Made by a program: the position numbers and the translations under genes. Below are positions 1 through 12,589 of a stretch of DNA of 64,000 nt, piece by piece. Position 1 is the first letter of the stretch. The number at the start of each line of letters is the position of its first letter. Source of the stretch: Mobula hypostoma (taxonomy: Eukaryota); contig NC_086108.1 in NCBI RefSeq assembly GCF_963921235.1, positions 1,488,001 to 1,552,000 on the forward strand, read 5' to 3'. Below the pieces are notes generated by a model that worked only from the letters and a program-made list of their open reading frames with translations, did not search any database and was not told the origin of the DNA.

Positions 1-114
1 TTCTTACATATGGCACTGGAATTGAGCTCTGAACTCAGATGTCCCGAGCTGTAACAGCGCTCACTAACTGCTACGCTGCTCTGGTGCCCTCATGTCACTT
101 TGCATTAACCATTT

Positions 115-2910
115 CTCCAGGGTGACCAGCGATGGGAGCTCAACGTTCAGGGATATTCAATATTCAGGAGGGATAGACATGAAGGAAGGGGAGGTGGGGT
201 GGCGTTGCTGGTTAAAAAAGAGATTAACGCAATAGAAAGGAAGGACATAAGCCGGGAAGATGTGGAATCGATATGGGTAGAGCTGCGTAACACTAAGGGA
301 CAGAAGACGCTGGTGGGAGTTGTGTACAGGCCACCTAACAGTAGTAGTGAGGTCGGAGATGGTATTAAACAGGAAATTAGAAATGTGTGCAATAAAGGAA
401 CAGCAGTTATAATGGGTGACTTCAATCTTCATGTAGATTGGGTGAACCAAATTGGTAAAGGTGCTGAGGAAAAGGATTTCTTGGAATGTATGCGGGATGG
501 TTTTTTGAACCAACATGTCGAGGAACCAACTAGAGAGCAGGCTATTCTGGACTGGGTTTTGAGCAATGAGGAAGGGTTAATTAGTGATCTTGTCGTGAGA
601 GGCCCCTTGGGTAAGAGTGACCATAATATGGTGGAATTCTTCATTAAGATGGAGAGTGACATAGTTAATTCAGAAACAAAGGTTCTGAACTTAGAGGGGT
701 AACTTTGAAGGTATGAGACGTGAATTAGCTAAGATAGACTGGCAAATGACACTTAAAGGATTGACGGTGGATATGCAATGGCAAGCATTTAAAGGTTGCA
801 TGGATGAACTACAACAATTTTTCATCCCAGTTTGGCAAAAGAATAAATCAAGGAAGGTAGTGCACCCGTGGCTGACAAGAGAAATTAGGGATAGTATCAA
901 TTCCAAAGAAGTAGCATACAAATTAGCCAGAGAAAGTGGCTCACCTGAGGACTGGGAGAAATTCAGAGTTCAGCAGAGGAGGACAAAGGGCTTAATTAGG
1001 AAGGGGAATAAAGATTATGAGAGAAAACTGGCAGAGAACATAAAAACGGACTGTAAAAGCTTTTATAGATATGTAAAAAGGAAAAGACTGATAAAGACAA
1101 CTGTAGGTCCCCTGCAGACAGAAACAGGTGAATTGATTATGGGGAGCAAGGACATGGCAGACCAATTGAATAATTACTTTGGTTCTGTCTTCACTAAGAA
1201 GGACATAAATAATCTTCCAGAAATAGTAAGGGACAGAGGGTCCAGTGAGATGGAGGAACTGAGTGAAATACATGTTAGTAGGGAAGTGGTGTTAGGTAAA
1301 TTGAAGGGATTGAAGGCAGATAAATCCCCAGGGCCAGATGGTCTGCATCCTAGAGTGCTTAAGGAGGTAGCCCAAGAAATAGTGGATTCATTAGTGATAA
1401 TTTTTCAAAACTCGTTAGATTCTGGACTAGTTCCTGAGGATTGGAGGGTGGCTAATGTAACCCCACTTTTTAAAAAAGGAGAGAGAGAGAAACCGGGGAA
1501 TTATAGGCCGGTTAGCCTAACGTCGGTGGTGGGGAAACTGCTGGAGTCAGTTATCAAGGATGTGATAACAGCACATTTGGAAAGCGGTGAAATGATCGGA
1601 CAAAGTCAGCATGGATTTGTGAAAGGAAAATCATGTCTGACGAATCTCATAGAATTTTTTGAGGATGTAACTAGTAGAGTGGATAGGGGAGAACCAGTGG
1701 ATGTGGTATATTTGGATTTTCAAAAGGCTTTTGACAAGGTCCCACACAGGAGATTAGTGTGCAAACTTAAAGCACACGGTATTGGGGGTAAGGTATTGGT
1801 ATGGGTGGAGAATTGGTTAGCAGACAGGAAGCAAAGAGTGGGAATAAACGGGACCTTTTCAGAATGGCAGGCAGTGACTAGTGGGGTACCGCAAGGCTCA
1901 GTGCTGGGACCCCAGTTGTTTACAATATATATTGATGACTTGGATGAGGGAATTAAATGCAGCATCTCCAAGTTTGCGGATGACACGAAGCTGGGTGGCA
2001 GTGTTAGCTGTGAGGAGGATGCTAAGAGGATGCAGGGTGACTTGGATAGGTTGGGTGAGTGGGCAAACTCATGGCAGATGCAATTTAATGTGGATAAATG
2101 TGAAGTTATCCACTTTGGTGGCAAAAATAGGAAAACAGATTATTATCTGAATGGTGGCCGATTAGGAAAAGGGGAGGTGCAACGAGACCTGGGTGTCATT
2201 ATACACCAGTCATTGAAAGTGGGCATGCAGGTACAGCAGGCGGTGAAAAAGGCGAACGGTATGCTGGCATTTATAGCGAGAGGATTCGAGTACAGGAGCA
2301 GGGAGGTACTACTGCAGTTGTACAAGGTCTTGGTGAGACCACACCTGGAGTATTGTGTGCAGTTTTGGTCCCCTAATCTGAGGAAAGATATCCTTGTCAT
2401 AGAGGGAGTACAAAGAAGGTTCACCAGATTGATTCCTGGGATGGCAGGTCTTTCATATGAAGAAAGACTGGATGAACTGGGCTTGTACTCATTGGAATTT
2501 AGAAGATTGAGGGGGGATCTGATTGAAACGTATAAGATCCTAAAGGGATTGGACAGGCTAGATGCGGGAAGATTGTTCCCGATGTTGGGGAGGTCCAGAA
2601 CGAGGGGTCACAGTTTGAGGATAGAGAGGAAGCCTTTTAGGACCGAGATTAGGAAAAACTTCTTCACACAGAGAGTGGTGAATCTGTGGAATTCTCTGCC
2701 ACAGCAAACTGTTGAGGCCAGTTCATTGGCTATGTTTAAGAGGGAGTTAGATATGGCCCTTGTGGCTACAGGGGTCAGGGGGTATGGAGGGAAGGCTGGG
2801 GCGGGGTTCTGAGTTGGATGATCAGCCATGATCATAATAAATGGCGGTGCAGGCTCGAAGGGCCGAATGGCCTACTCCTGCACCTATTTTCTATGTTTCT
2901 ATGTTTCTAT
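115..2910 (+). mobile_element. Young CR1-clade LINE, 5'-truncated; ORF2 (APE+RT) split by a frameshift
   Basis: ORF 199..702 is an APE domain (VYRPP, GDFN, LDWVL, SDH). ORF 713..2812 is RT (YRPVSL, QHGF, YLDFQKAFDKV, GVPQGSVLGP, FADD). 2-nt deletion at ~693 relative to the 15.6-kb copy. 3' tail (TTCTATGT)n. Confidence 0.95.
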
Positions 2911-3490
2911 TTCCACCCTGGGAAAAAGTCTGTGGCTGACCACTCAATTTATGCCTCTTATCATCTCTCATCTTCCTTCACTCCAAAGAGAAGAACCCAC
3001 GTCTGCTCAACCCGTCCTTGTAAGACATGTTGTCTAATCCAGCCAGCATCCTGGTAAATCTCCTTTGCACTCTCCCTAAAGCTTCTACATCTTCCCTTTA
3101 ATGAGGCACGCAGAACTGAACACAATACACCAAGTGTGGTCTTATCAGCTTTTTATAGAGTTCCAACATTACCTCACAGTTCTTGAACTCGGTCCCTGAC
3201 TAATGAAGGCCCCCACACCATACACTTTCTCATCACCCTACCCACTTCCCAAGATCCCTCCGTCCCTCCACACTGCTAAGAATCCCACCATTAACCCTTT
3301 ATTCGGCCATCACATTTACCTTTCCAAAGTGATCACATCGCACTTTTCCGGACTGAACTCCATCTGTCACTTCTCTGCACTCTATCAATGTCCCCTTGTA
3401 ACCCCAGACAACCTTCTACATTCTCCACAAGTCCACTGACATTCTGTTGTTTTCATTTTTAACTGAGATTCCCTCGACAGTTGTTCCCAT

Positions 3491-3517
3491 GGGGATCCCC
3501 CCAATGTGGGACTTTCC
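3491..3517. promoter_or_regulatory. Tandem consensus NF-kB sites
   Basis: GGGGATCCCC (3491-3500) and the canonical GGGACTTTCC (3508-3517), 7 bp apart, in a non-repetitive island. Confidence 0.5.
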
Positions 3518-3779
3518 ATCCAAGTAACACTGTGGTCAATTGTTGTTGAGGTAAGATGCTCAACACAAAAGAAATCAAAGACCATGAAACTCCCTCCGAC
3601 AAGCCGCTGCCTAGCAACGACCATTAAGCCTGCGTCTACTTCTGGAACGTTTTACTCGTGCGCCAATTCTGGAAACTTTGCATAATGTGGGTATTGCTCA
3701 GAACTACAACTAACACATGGCCGCTGAACCCACAATCACTGTCCCGTTGCCAAGCACAGATTTGAGATTCGATCCGAGT

Positions 3780-4055
3780 TTTATTTATTTCATTATTTAT
3801 TGAGCTACAGCGCAGAACAGGACTTCCGGCCCTTCGAGCCCTGCCAGGCCAGCAATCCCCAGTTTAACCCTAACGTAATCACAGGAGAATTTACAATGAC
3901 CGATTAACCTACAAACTGCTGTCTCTGGACTGTGGGAGGAAACCCACATGGTCACAGGGAGGGACGTACAGACTGCTTACAGGCAGCGGCGGAAATTGAA
4001 CCCGGGTTGCTGTACTGTAGAGTATCGTGCTAACCACTACACTACCATGCCGCCT
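3780..4055 (-). mobile_element. V-SINE-like tRNA-derived SINE
   Basis: Core GGACTGTGGGAGGAAACC...GGTCACAGGGAG, B-box-like GGTTCAATTCC on the minus strand, (TTTA)n end. Similar copies at ~12895, 20680, 21055, 25215, 33400, 41575, 47615, 57220, 57790, 59095 and 60530. Confidence 0.7.
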
Positions 4056-4257
4056 ATCTGTACTCAACAAGGGACTGAGATTCCTCTTCTCATCACCCCT
4101 GTTTGCTCACTCATGATTGCCCCGTGTAATTATACTGTACTCAGCCACGTTTTCAAAAATATTCGTTTTAAATAAGGGAGGGCATGCATTTAGGTGAGAG
4201 AGGGAAACTTTAAAGGGAATGGGTAGGGCAGAAGAGTGGTGGGTGTGAGTTGTTGGT

Positions 4258-4895
4258 CATAGTCATACTTTATTGATCCCGGGGGAAATTGGTTTTCGTT
4301 ACAGTTGTACCATAAATAGTAAATAGTAATAGAACCATAAGTAGTTAAATAGTAATATGTAAATTATGCCAGTAAATTATGAAATAAGTCCAGGACCAGC
4401 CTATTGGCTCAGGGTGTCTGACCCTCCAAGGGAGGAGTTGTAAAGTTTGATGGCCACAGGCAGGAATGACTTCCTATGACGCTCTGTGTTGCTTCTCGAT
4501 GGAATGAGTCTCTGGCTGAATGTACTCCTGTGCCCACCCAGTACATTATGTAGTGGATGGGAGACATTGTCCAAGATGGCATGCAACTTGGACAGCATCC
4601 TCTTTCCAGACACCACTGTCAGAGAGTCCAGTTCCATCCCCACAACATCACTGGCCTTACGAATGAGTTTGTTGATTCTGTTGGTGTCTGCTACCCTCAG
4701 CCTGCTGCCCCAGCACACAACGCACACAACAGCAAACATGATCGCACTGGCCACCACAGACTCGTAGAACATCCTCAGCATCGTCCGGCAGATGTTAAAG
4801 GGCCTCAGTCTCCTCAGGAAATAGAGATGGCTCTGACCCTTCTTGTAGACAGCCTCAGTGTTCTTTGACCAGTCCAGTTTATTGTCAATTCGTAT
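4258..4895 (-). mobile_element. Rex1/Babar-like non-LTR retrotransposon 3' fragment
   Basis: ORF 4401..4913 (DNKLDWSKNTEAVYKKGQS.LYFLRRLR.FNIC...SFLPVAIKLYN), followed by a 3'UTR with AATAAA and a short tandem tail. Confidence 0.75.
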
Positions 4896-5189
4896 AGACC
4901 AGATTTGGAGCATTATGTGCCATTTTGGGCCCCTTACCTAAGAAGGGATGTGCTGGCATTGCAGAGGGTTCAGAGAATGATCCCAGGAAAACGTGGATGT
5001 ACGAGGAGAAATTGAAGGCTCGGGGCCTGTACTCACTGTAGTTTAGGAGAACGAGGGGGGGATCTCATTGAACCCTGTCGAACATTGAAAGAATGATCTC
5101 AGGAGTAAAAGGATTAAAGAAGGGGAAAGAAAATGAGCCATGATGGAATGACGGAGCAAACTCTATAAGTCCTCTAAGCTCCATTACTT

Positions 5190-6120
5190 ACTAATGTGTT
5201 GCCCATTACGCCATTGGCAGTTAGGGCGGTAATGAAGACCCTTCATCTCTGGCTGTGTTCGGGGTCTCCTTCATCATGTCCGCAGCCTCCTCTTGGTTTT
5301 CACTACTATCAGTCATACAAGTTCTTGGTGGAGGCCGAGGAATACCGTCACACTCAGATGCAGAAGGATTCTTCATTGCTGTTTCTGTAACAGTTTTGTT
5401 TGACCAGTCAGGGTTGTTGGCCCTGAGCTGAACCCCCGAACCTGGAGGGCCAGTGGACCACTCTTAGTCTGGCCTCTGCCCTTTGACCTGTTTGGCATGG
5501 ATGACCCTACCAAGAGCCAAATCATAAAGCCAACATAGCTCTCTGGATCATTGAGGCACACAGACCTCCAAGCACTCAGACAAGGTTGTCCTTCTCTTGG
5601 AGGATACAAGCTCCTACTACCTATTAAATGCTGCCAATGGCTTGCACCTCTGATAGCCTCCTGGCCATCAGTTTGGCATAGCTGCTAAGCCTGACAGAAC
5701 AGCTTCTACTGACAGGAGAAGGGACAAAGGCGGGTTACTGGCGCCTTAAAACCAGTCACTTCAGGCAGATGGGACTCATCAGCCATGGTTGGCAGTTCAT
5801 CCAGGAGAAGGAAAACTCTGATCTCAATTCTCCGCTGCCTTGTGGCTATACCCACTCATGGGGAGGGCTTTGGGAGTAAATCCCGCGGGAAATCTCCGGA
5901 ATTGGACACCGTGAGGCAGTCCTGTGCTGACTGGCAGCTCCTGTGACGCCACTGGTGCCAAACTGTATCAGTCCCTGCTGTTCCTTTGGGTTCACCAGAT
6001 GCGTGGAGGTGGAGAGGGGGAGCTTGCTACATGGGCGACAGCTCGCTCTCCATATCGTACTGCCCTGGCTTGCATATCTAGACAGCTGGGATGTAACATC
6101 CATGATCAATTCTGACCAAT
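5190..6120 (-). mobile_element. Degraded dispersed repeat, possibly RTE-derived
   Basis: Shares sequence with ~20430-20650 and ~37440-37880; the family assignment is tentative. Confidence 0.4.
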
Positions 6121-6799
6121 GGAGTCATACAGTGAAGGAAAAATAAAAGACTCAAATCTGTTACTGTTACTTAAGTACTTCTGCATGGTAAACACAGTGC
6201 AAGAAATGATGCAGCCAAAACTATACACAGTAAGATCCCCCAGTCTATGAGATGACTGATTTAGAATTGTTGACGGAGGACAGGGTAAGGAAGAGAAATC
6301 CCTGAACTGAGAGTTAACTCTGGACTCTCGACATCACATTCTACCTGCCGGTGGACTTTGCCCACCTGTACTGCACTTTCTCTGTAACTGTGACACTTTA
6401 TTCTGTGTTCTGTTACTGCTTTTCCCTTGTAGTATATTGAAGTGATCCGTAGGGATGACGGTAAAAAGTGCTTTCCCGCTGGATCTCGGTACACATGACA
6501 ATGCTAAATCCGTTACCAACTGAAACATCGTCACAGCAGCGTGCACTACTGTCAAGAGGAGGCCTCTCTGCTCGAATGATCTCTCTCTCTCACAATGGTG
6601 AATGAAAGTCCACTGGCCCACGAGTTGGGGGAATTTGGACAAACGACTCAGCAGATTGTATCATCTAAACAGTGAGCTGTTGGTCTTGCCTCTGATCAGT
6701 TGCAGGAGTGATCTCTCTCTCTCTCTCCCCCTTGCTAGTGAGAGAAAGCGAGCCTGTCTGAGATGTCAAAGTATCGGGATGGTCAGTAGTTTCTGATCA

Positions 6800-7370
6800 C
6801 GGAGTATTGTGTGCAGTTTTGGTCCCCTAATCTGAGGAAAGACATCCTTGCCATAGAGGGAGTACAAAGAAGATTCACCAGATTGATTCCTGGGATGGCA
6901 GGACTTTCATATGAAGAAAGACTGGATGAACTGGGCTTGTACTCGTTGGAATTTAGAAGATTGAGGGGGGATCTGATTGAAACGTATAAAATCCTAAAGG
7001 GATTGGACAGGCTAGATGCAGGAAGATTGTTCCCGATGTTGGGGAAGTCCAGAACGAGGGGCCACAGTTTCAGGATAGAGGGGAAGCCTTTTAGGACCAA
7101 GATTAGGAAAAACTTCTTCACACAGAGAGTGGTGAATCTGTGGAATTCTCTGCCACAGGAAACAGTCGAGGTCAGTTCATTGGCTATATTTAAGAGGGAG
7201 TTAGATATGGCCCTTGTGGCTACAGGGGTCAGGGGGTATGGAGGGAAGGCTGATGCAGGGTTCTGAGTTGGATGATCAGCCATGATCATAATAAATGGCG
7301 GTGCAGGCTCGAAGGGCCGAATGGCCTGCTCCTGCACCTATTTTCTATGTTTCTATGTTTCTATGTTTCT
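6800..7370 (+). mobile_element. 3' fragment of the same young CR1 subfamily
   Basis: ORF 6811..7266 nearly identical to the C-terminus of 713..2812; same 3'UTR and (TTCTATGT)n tail. Confidence 0.93.
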
Positions 7371-9820
7371 TTGGGGGCTTTGCTATTGCTTGTATGGTGG
7401 GGGGGGGGTAGGGTGGTGGCTGATACTTTTGTTGGAGCAAGTGGCGGGGGAGGGAAGAATTGATGCTTTGCTGCTGCTTGTAGGTGGAGGGGAGAGGTGG
7501 GCTTTGGGTTCATGAGATGTTTTCTGTCATTTCTGTCATTCTTTCCTTGGGTTTTTCCTTCTGTTTCGAGGATGTCTGTGAAGAGTAAGAATTTCAGGTT
7601 GTGTAGTGTATGCTCTGATATTAAAATTGAACCATTGAACTATTGATACCTGTGGGCTGCCCCCAACACATCCTAAGGTGTATTGGCTGCTAAATGCAAA
7701 ATAATGCATTCCTCTGGACATGTGATAAATAGACTGGAATCTTGAAACATTGGAATGCTTGTAAGAAAGCAGGTCAGTAACTGCAGAGCACTGGAGATTG
7801 GACGTGCTGGTTAAATGGAGCGTAAATCAGTTGAACTGAATGGCTTGCTGATGAAGGGTCTCAGCCCGAAATAGCAACTGTTTATTCCTCACCACAGATG
7901 CTGCCTGGCTTACTGAGTTCCTTCGGCATTCTGACCCACAATCCCCAACTCCTTCAGAGCCCCTGCAGCAACTCTGGATTTCCAGCATCTGCAGAATCTC
8001 ATGTTAATGATTGGATTGCTGCACAGGTCACCTTCTGCCCAGCTCGTTGGATTGATTGAGTTGCCTTTTTTGTCCATGTCTATCTCACAAATATGTCCAT
8101 TGCAGAAAGGACAACAACATGGAAATGGTAGGAAGTGAGTTGAGTTTGAGAAGTGGCAGGAAACTGAAACGTCCACTGGAAACCCACACAGTCAGAAGGG
8201 GAACATTCAGTCAAGAACACCACTGAACAGACGCGGGGAGGGTGTTTCCAGCAGTGGGAGCGTCGAGGATCAGACGGTCAGAATAGCGGGACGTCCCTTT
8301 AGGACAGAGATGAAGAAGAACTTTCTTCAGCCTGAGGATGGTGAATCTGTGGACTTCATTGCCACAGACGGCGATGGAGGCCAAGCCATTGGATACACTT
8401 AAACTGGATGTTGGTTAGAAGGGTGCCGAAGGTTACAGGGATAAGGAAGGGGTATTGGGTTGAAGGGGTTAATAAATCAGCCATGATGGCATGGCAGAGC
8501 AGACTTGATGGGCTGAATGGCCTAATTCTGCTGCTCTGTCTTATGTTCTAATGAACCTGGGTCTCTGATGCTGGGAGGCAAGGCCACTCCGCTGCCTTTC
8601 TTACCGGCCCCATGAACTCAGGGGGAATTAGGGAGAGACGGTCTTTGTTGGCAATGCCTGTAATGTCCACATTCTAACATGGGAGAGGGTTCGCTGCTTG
8701 GGAGAGGGAGGGGCTTTAGGGTTCTAATGTTTTTTGTCATTTGTTCTTTGTGGTTTTTCTTCTGTTCTGTGGATGTCAGTGAAGAGTAAGAATTTCAGGT
8801 TGTGAACTGTACACTGTACATTTGCTGATATTTAATTGAACCAATACTATTCACCCATGAGAAATTCATGCTTTATTAATTGTCTGCCACAGGACTTGAG
8901 CACATGAATCTTGTAGGAAGTTACAGAACATTGGACGGACAACAGCAGAGTACAGAAACAGGCCCTTTGGCCTACCAAATTTGGATGCTAGGTTAAGCTG
9001 AATATCTTCGGCCTGGTCGTGATCCATACCACAGTGTATTCACGTGTCTGTCTAACCTCTTAAACACCACTGCTATAACTGTATCTGCTTTCACCACCAG
9101 CCGCCCCAGGCACCAGAAGTTCAAAGGAGCAGAATTAGGCTATTCGGCCCATCGAGTCTGCTGTCATTCAATCATGCCTGATTTATCTTCCCTCTAACCC
9201 TATTCTCTTGCCTTCACCCATAACCTTTGACACCTTATCAAGAACCCATCAACCTCTGCTTTAAATATACCCAATAACTTGGGGCCTCCACAGCTGCCTG
9301 TGGCAATGAATTCCACAGATTCACCACTCTCTGACTAAAGAAATTCCTCCTTGTCTCTATTCTGAGGCGGCATCATCCATTCCATTCTCCCTCCTGGAGA
9401 CATTGATCAACCCGCACCCCACAAACAATACCATGGAGATCGAGAGTGGAATTTAAGCAACACCTTCAAGATACTCGCAGACCATGGACACATGAGGTGG
9501 CAGATGCTGGAACAGCTCACAACCTACTGGTGAGACTCGGCAGGTCGAGCAGCACCTGTGGAGGGAAAGCATTTGACAACAGGCCAGAACCCTGTACAGG
9601 GGTTCAAACACCCTCCAGGAACTCGAGCACAAAGTTCAAAGTTTAAACTTCAAAGTAAATGTGTTATCACCATTTACAACCCCAAGATTCATTTTCTTGT
9701 GGATATTCACAGTAAATACAAAGCAATACAACAGAATCAATGAAAAACTTACACACAAAGACTGCAAAGAAGACAAAGAATGCAAATACAGAAAGATAAT
9801 GATAATAATGATAATAATAA

Positions 9821-11160
9821 TCACATCTTACTATAAATACAGGCCTGATTCAGCTTTAGAGTTGGAGTCGTACAAATTATACTGGACAACAGATTTTTTC
9901 AAAAGTGTTGCTTGTTCATAATCTTTTTTTTGTTTGTGATAGACCTCTTGAAGCTGAACAGGAATATAATTTCAGACTACTTGTATCATGTAGGGACTGT
10001 TGTGTAAATTGACTGAGCCTGCCTGCGAGAAAAGAATATCAGGGTTGTATGCAGTGACGTGTATGTACTCTGATAATAAATTTTACTTTGAACTTTGATT
10101 TGGAGAAGTAAGACATTAGCTTTTTATCGAATATGATGTGTTTAATTGCATAACAGTGCTACTCTTTGCAATAGTTCAAATAAGCTAAAAATGTTTTGTT
10201 GATGATTTTCATTTGTACTTTATGAGGATTCTCACTGAAGTGTCCAACAATAATCAGCCGGCATTGATGGATTCCAGTTGCCCTGATACCGTTTCTCCAT
10301 GACCGCAATGTCCTGGTGAAACCTTTCACCATGCTCGTCACTAACAGCACCAAGATTTGCAGGGAAGAAGTCTAAATGGGAATGCAGAAAATGAATCTTT
10401 AGTGACATGTTGCTCTTCATGGTTTTGTATGCTTGAAGCATGTTGTCAACCAGTTACATGTAGTTTGATGCTTGGTATTTGCCAAGAAAATTTCCAACAA
10501 CATCCTTGAATGCCTTGATGTGATTTTCTCCAGTCCCACTAGAAGTTCTTCGAATTGACTGTTTGATTTGTGGACCAACAAAAATGCCTTCCTTAATCTT
10601 GCCTCAGTTATTCTGACTTGATTTATGAATTGAACTAACAAATATAGGTGATTTCAAAAAAATGGTGTGTGATAGGGAAATCTTGTGGTGATTTTCATGA
10701 TCAGCAGCCCAAAATCCATAAGATGCACCCAAAAGTCCAGTGTCATATTATGACCGATCTGTTATTACAGATATGACATTCGATTATAACCGTACAGGAC
10801 AAACAAGCAAGAGCAAATTACTTATTAGGTTCAGCCATTCCAAACACATATAACATACAGAAATCAGTAAGTGAAAAACACTAGAATTATGCTTAATTAA
10901 AAGAGGAAATTGAAAAACTACGGAACATGAACAAGGTATACATTGTCCTGATAGTAATATCTACATCTGGTCTCATCCCAAAGTCACTACACAATAACAT
11001 TAAACAGCTAGGCCTACACAGCAATATTTATGTAAATCTCCAGCAAACCACAATACTAAGCACCACTAGAATAGTCCGAAAGTTCCTAGCAATTGAGAAA
11101 TGAGTGTGCTTGACTATGCCCATATCTCAGGTTTTATCAGCTTCGGCTCAGAAAAAATAA
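9821..11160 (+). mobile_element. 5'-truncated R4/Dong-like non-LTR retrotransposon (restriction-like endonuclease region), split by the DNA transposon
   Basis: Joining 9821-9879 to 10746 onward gives YYKYRPDSALELESYKL|YYDRSVITD...AIPNTYNIQKSVSEK...LKEEIEKL...IVISTSGLIPKSL...ILSTTRIVRKFL*. Begins directly after a degenerate (TAA)n tract at ~9796-9820. Confidence 0.7.
9880..10742 (-). mobile_element. Second deleted copy of the same Chapaev3-like transposon
   Basis: Ends TACTGGACAAC...GTCCAGTG, flanked by TTA/TCA. ORF 10232..10441 nearly identical to 51441..51683. Contains a LINE 3'-end insert at ~9950-10098. Confidence 0.72.
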
Positions 11161-11647
11161 AACTTCTGCAATTAATTGATCGATAGATAGAGAGACAGAC
11201 ACTAAGAGTCCAGGTGCTACAGAAGAGTCCAGGTGCTACAGAAATGATAGTTAGCAGGAATTTGTACTTCGCACATGGTCTATGAAGATCCTCCCCCTTC
11301 CTCCACCCCCAGCTTATTCCTCAACCTCAGATTTATTTATTGACTGTGTTGCTATGGGCAAGGACTGGGGGTGGTGTATCACACATGTAGAATATTCCAC
11401 CACAGGAAGTGATGCTCCATCTCAAGCCTGGCTCGGAACTGAAGCCACCAAGCCACAATGGTTTGTTTGCTCGAACATCAACTGAGAACACTCAAACAAA
11501 ATAAAGCCGGTCGATGCGGCCCTGGGCTACACCCTCAAGGGTCACATCTCTGAGACAGGCACAAAACAGATGCAATAGGGAAGAGCATGCTCATGCACTT
11601 CTGTAGAAGGAATAAAAGGAATAATATCATTGGGCAGAAGATACAGG

Positions 11648-12589
11648 AGTCCCACACCACCAGGTTCAGGAGCAGTTTTTACCCCACAACCATCAGGCTC
11701 CTGAACCGGTGTGGATAACTTCACTCACCACAATGAGCCTCAGGTCCCACACCACCAGGTTCAGGAGCAGTTTTTACCCCACAACCATCAGGCTCCTGAA
11801 CCGGTGTGGATAACTTCACTCACCACAATGAGCCTCAGGTCCCACACCACCAGGTTCAGGAAAAATTTATTACCCCACAACCATCAGGCTCCTGAACCAG
11901 TGTGGATAACTTCACTCACCACAATGAGCCTCAGGTCCCACACCACCAGGTTCAGGAACAGTTATTACCCCACAACCATCAGGCTCCTGAACCAGTGTGG
12001 ATAACTTCACTCACCACAATGAGCCTCAGGTCCCACACCACCAGGTTCAGGAACAGTTATTACCCCACAACCATCAGGCTCCTGAACCAGTGTGGATAAC
12101 TTCACTCACCACAATGAGCCTCTGGTCCCACACCACCAGGTTCAGGAACAGTTATTACCCCACAACCATCAGGCTCCTGAACCAGTGTGGATAACTTCAC
12201 TCACCACAATGAGCCTCAGGTCCCACACCACCAGGTTCAGGAACAGTTATTACCCCACAACCATCAGGCTCCTGAACCAGTGTGGATAACTTCACTCACC
12301 ACAATGAGCCTCAGGTCCCACACCACCAGGTTCAGGAACAGTTATTACCCCACAACCATCAGGCTCCTGAGCCAGTGTGGATAACTTCACTCACCACAAT
12401 GAGCCTCAGGTCCCACACCACCAGGTTCAGGAACAGTTATTACCCCACAACCATCAGGCTCCTGAACCAGTGTGGATAACTTCACTCACCACAATGAGCC
12501 TCAGGTCCCACACCACCAGGTTCAGGAACAGTTATTACCCCACAACCATCAGGTTCCTGAACCAGTGTGGATAACTTCACTCACCACAA
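11648..12589 (+). repeat. Tandem array, 95-bp unit x ~10, derived from a LINE ORF 3' end
   Basis: Track ORFs recur every 95 nt (11902, 11997, 12092...). The unit encodes SLRSHTTRFRNSYYPTTIRLLNQ, the terminal motif of L2/Rex-like ORFs. Confidence 0.95.

Noticed and set aside
3960..4055. tRNA genes at GGTTCAATTCC motifs
   Set aside because: Each is attached to a SINE core and tail, and I could not form a cloverleaf; these are SINE heads.
11648..12589. CRISPR array or repeated small genes
   Set aside because: Units are contiguous and near-identical with no unique spacers, there are no cas genes, the context is eukaryotic, and the unit derives from a LINE ORF end.
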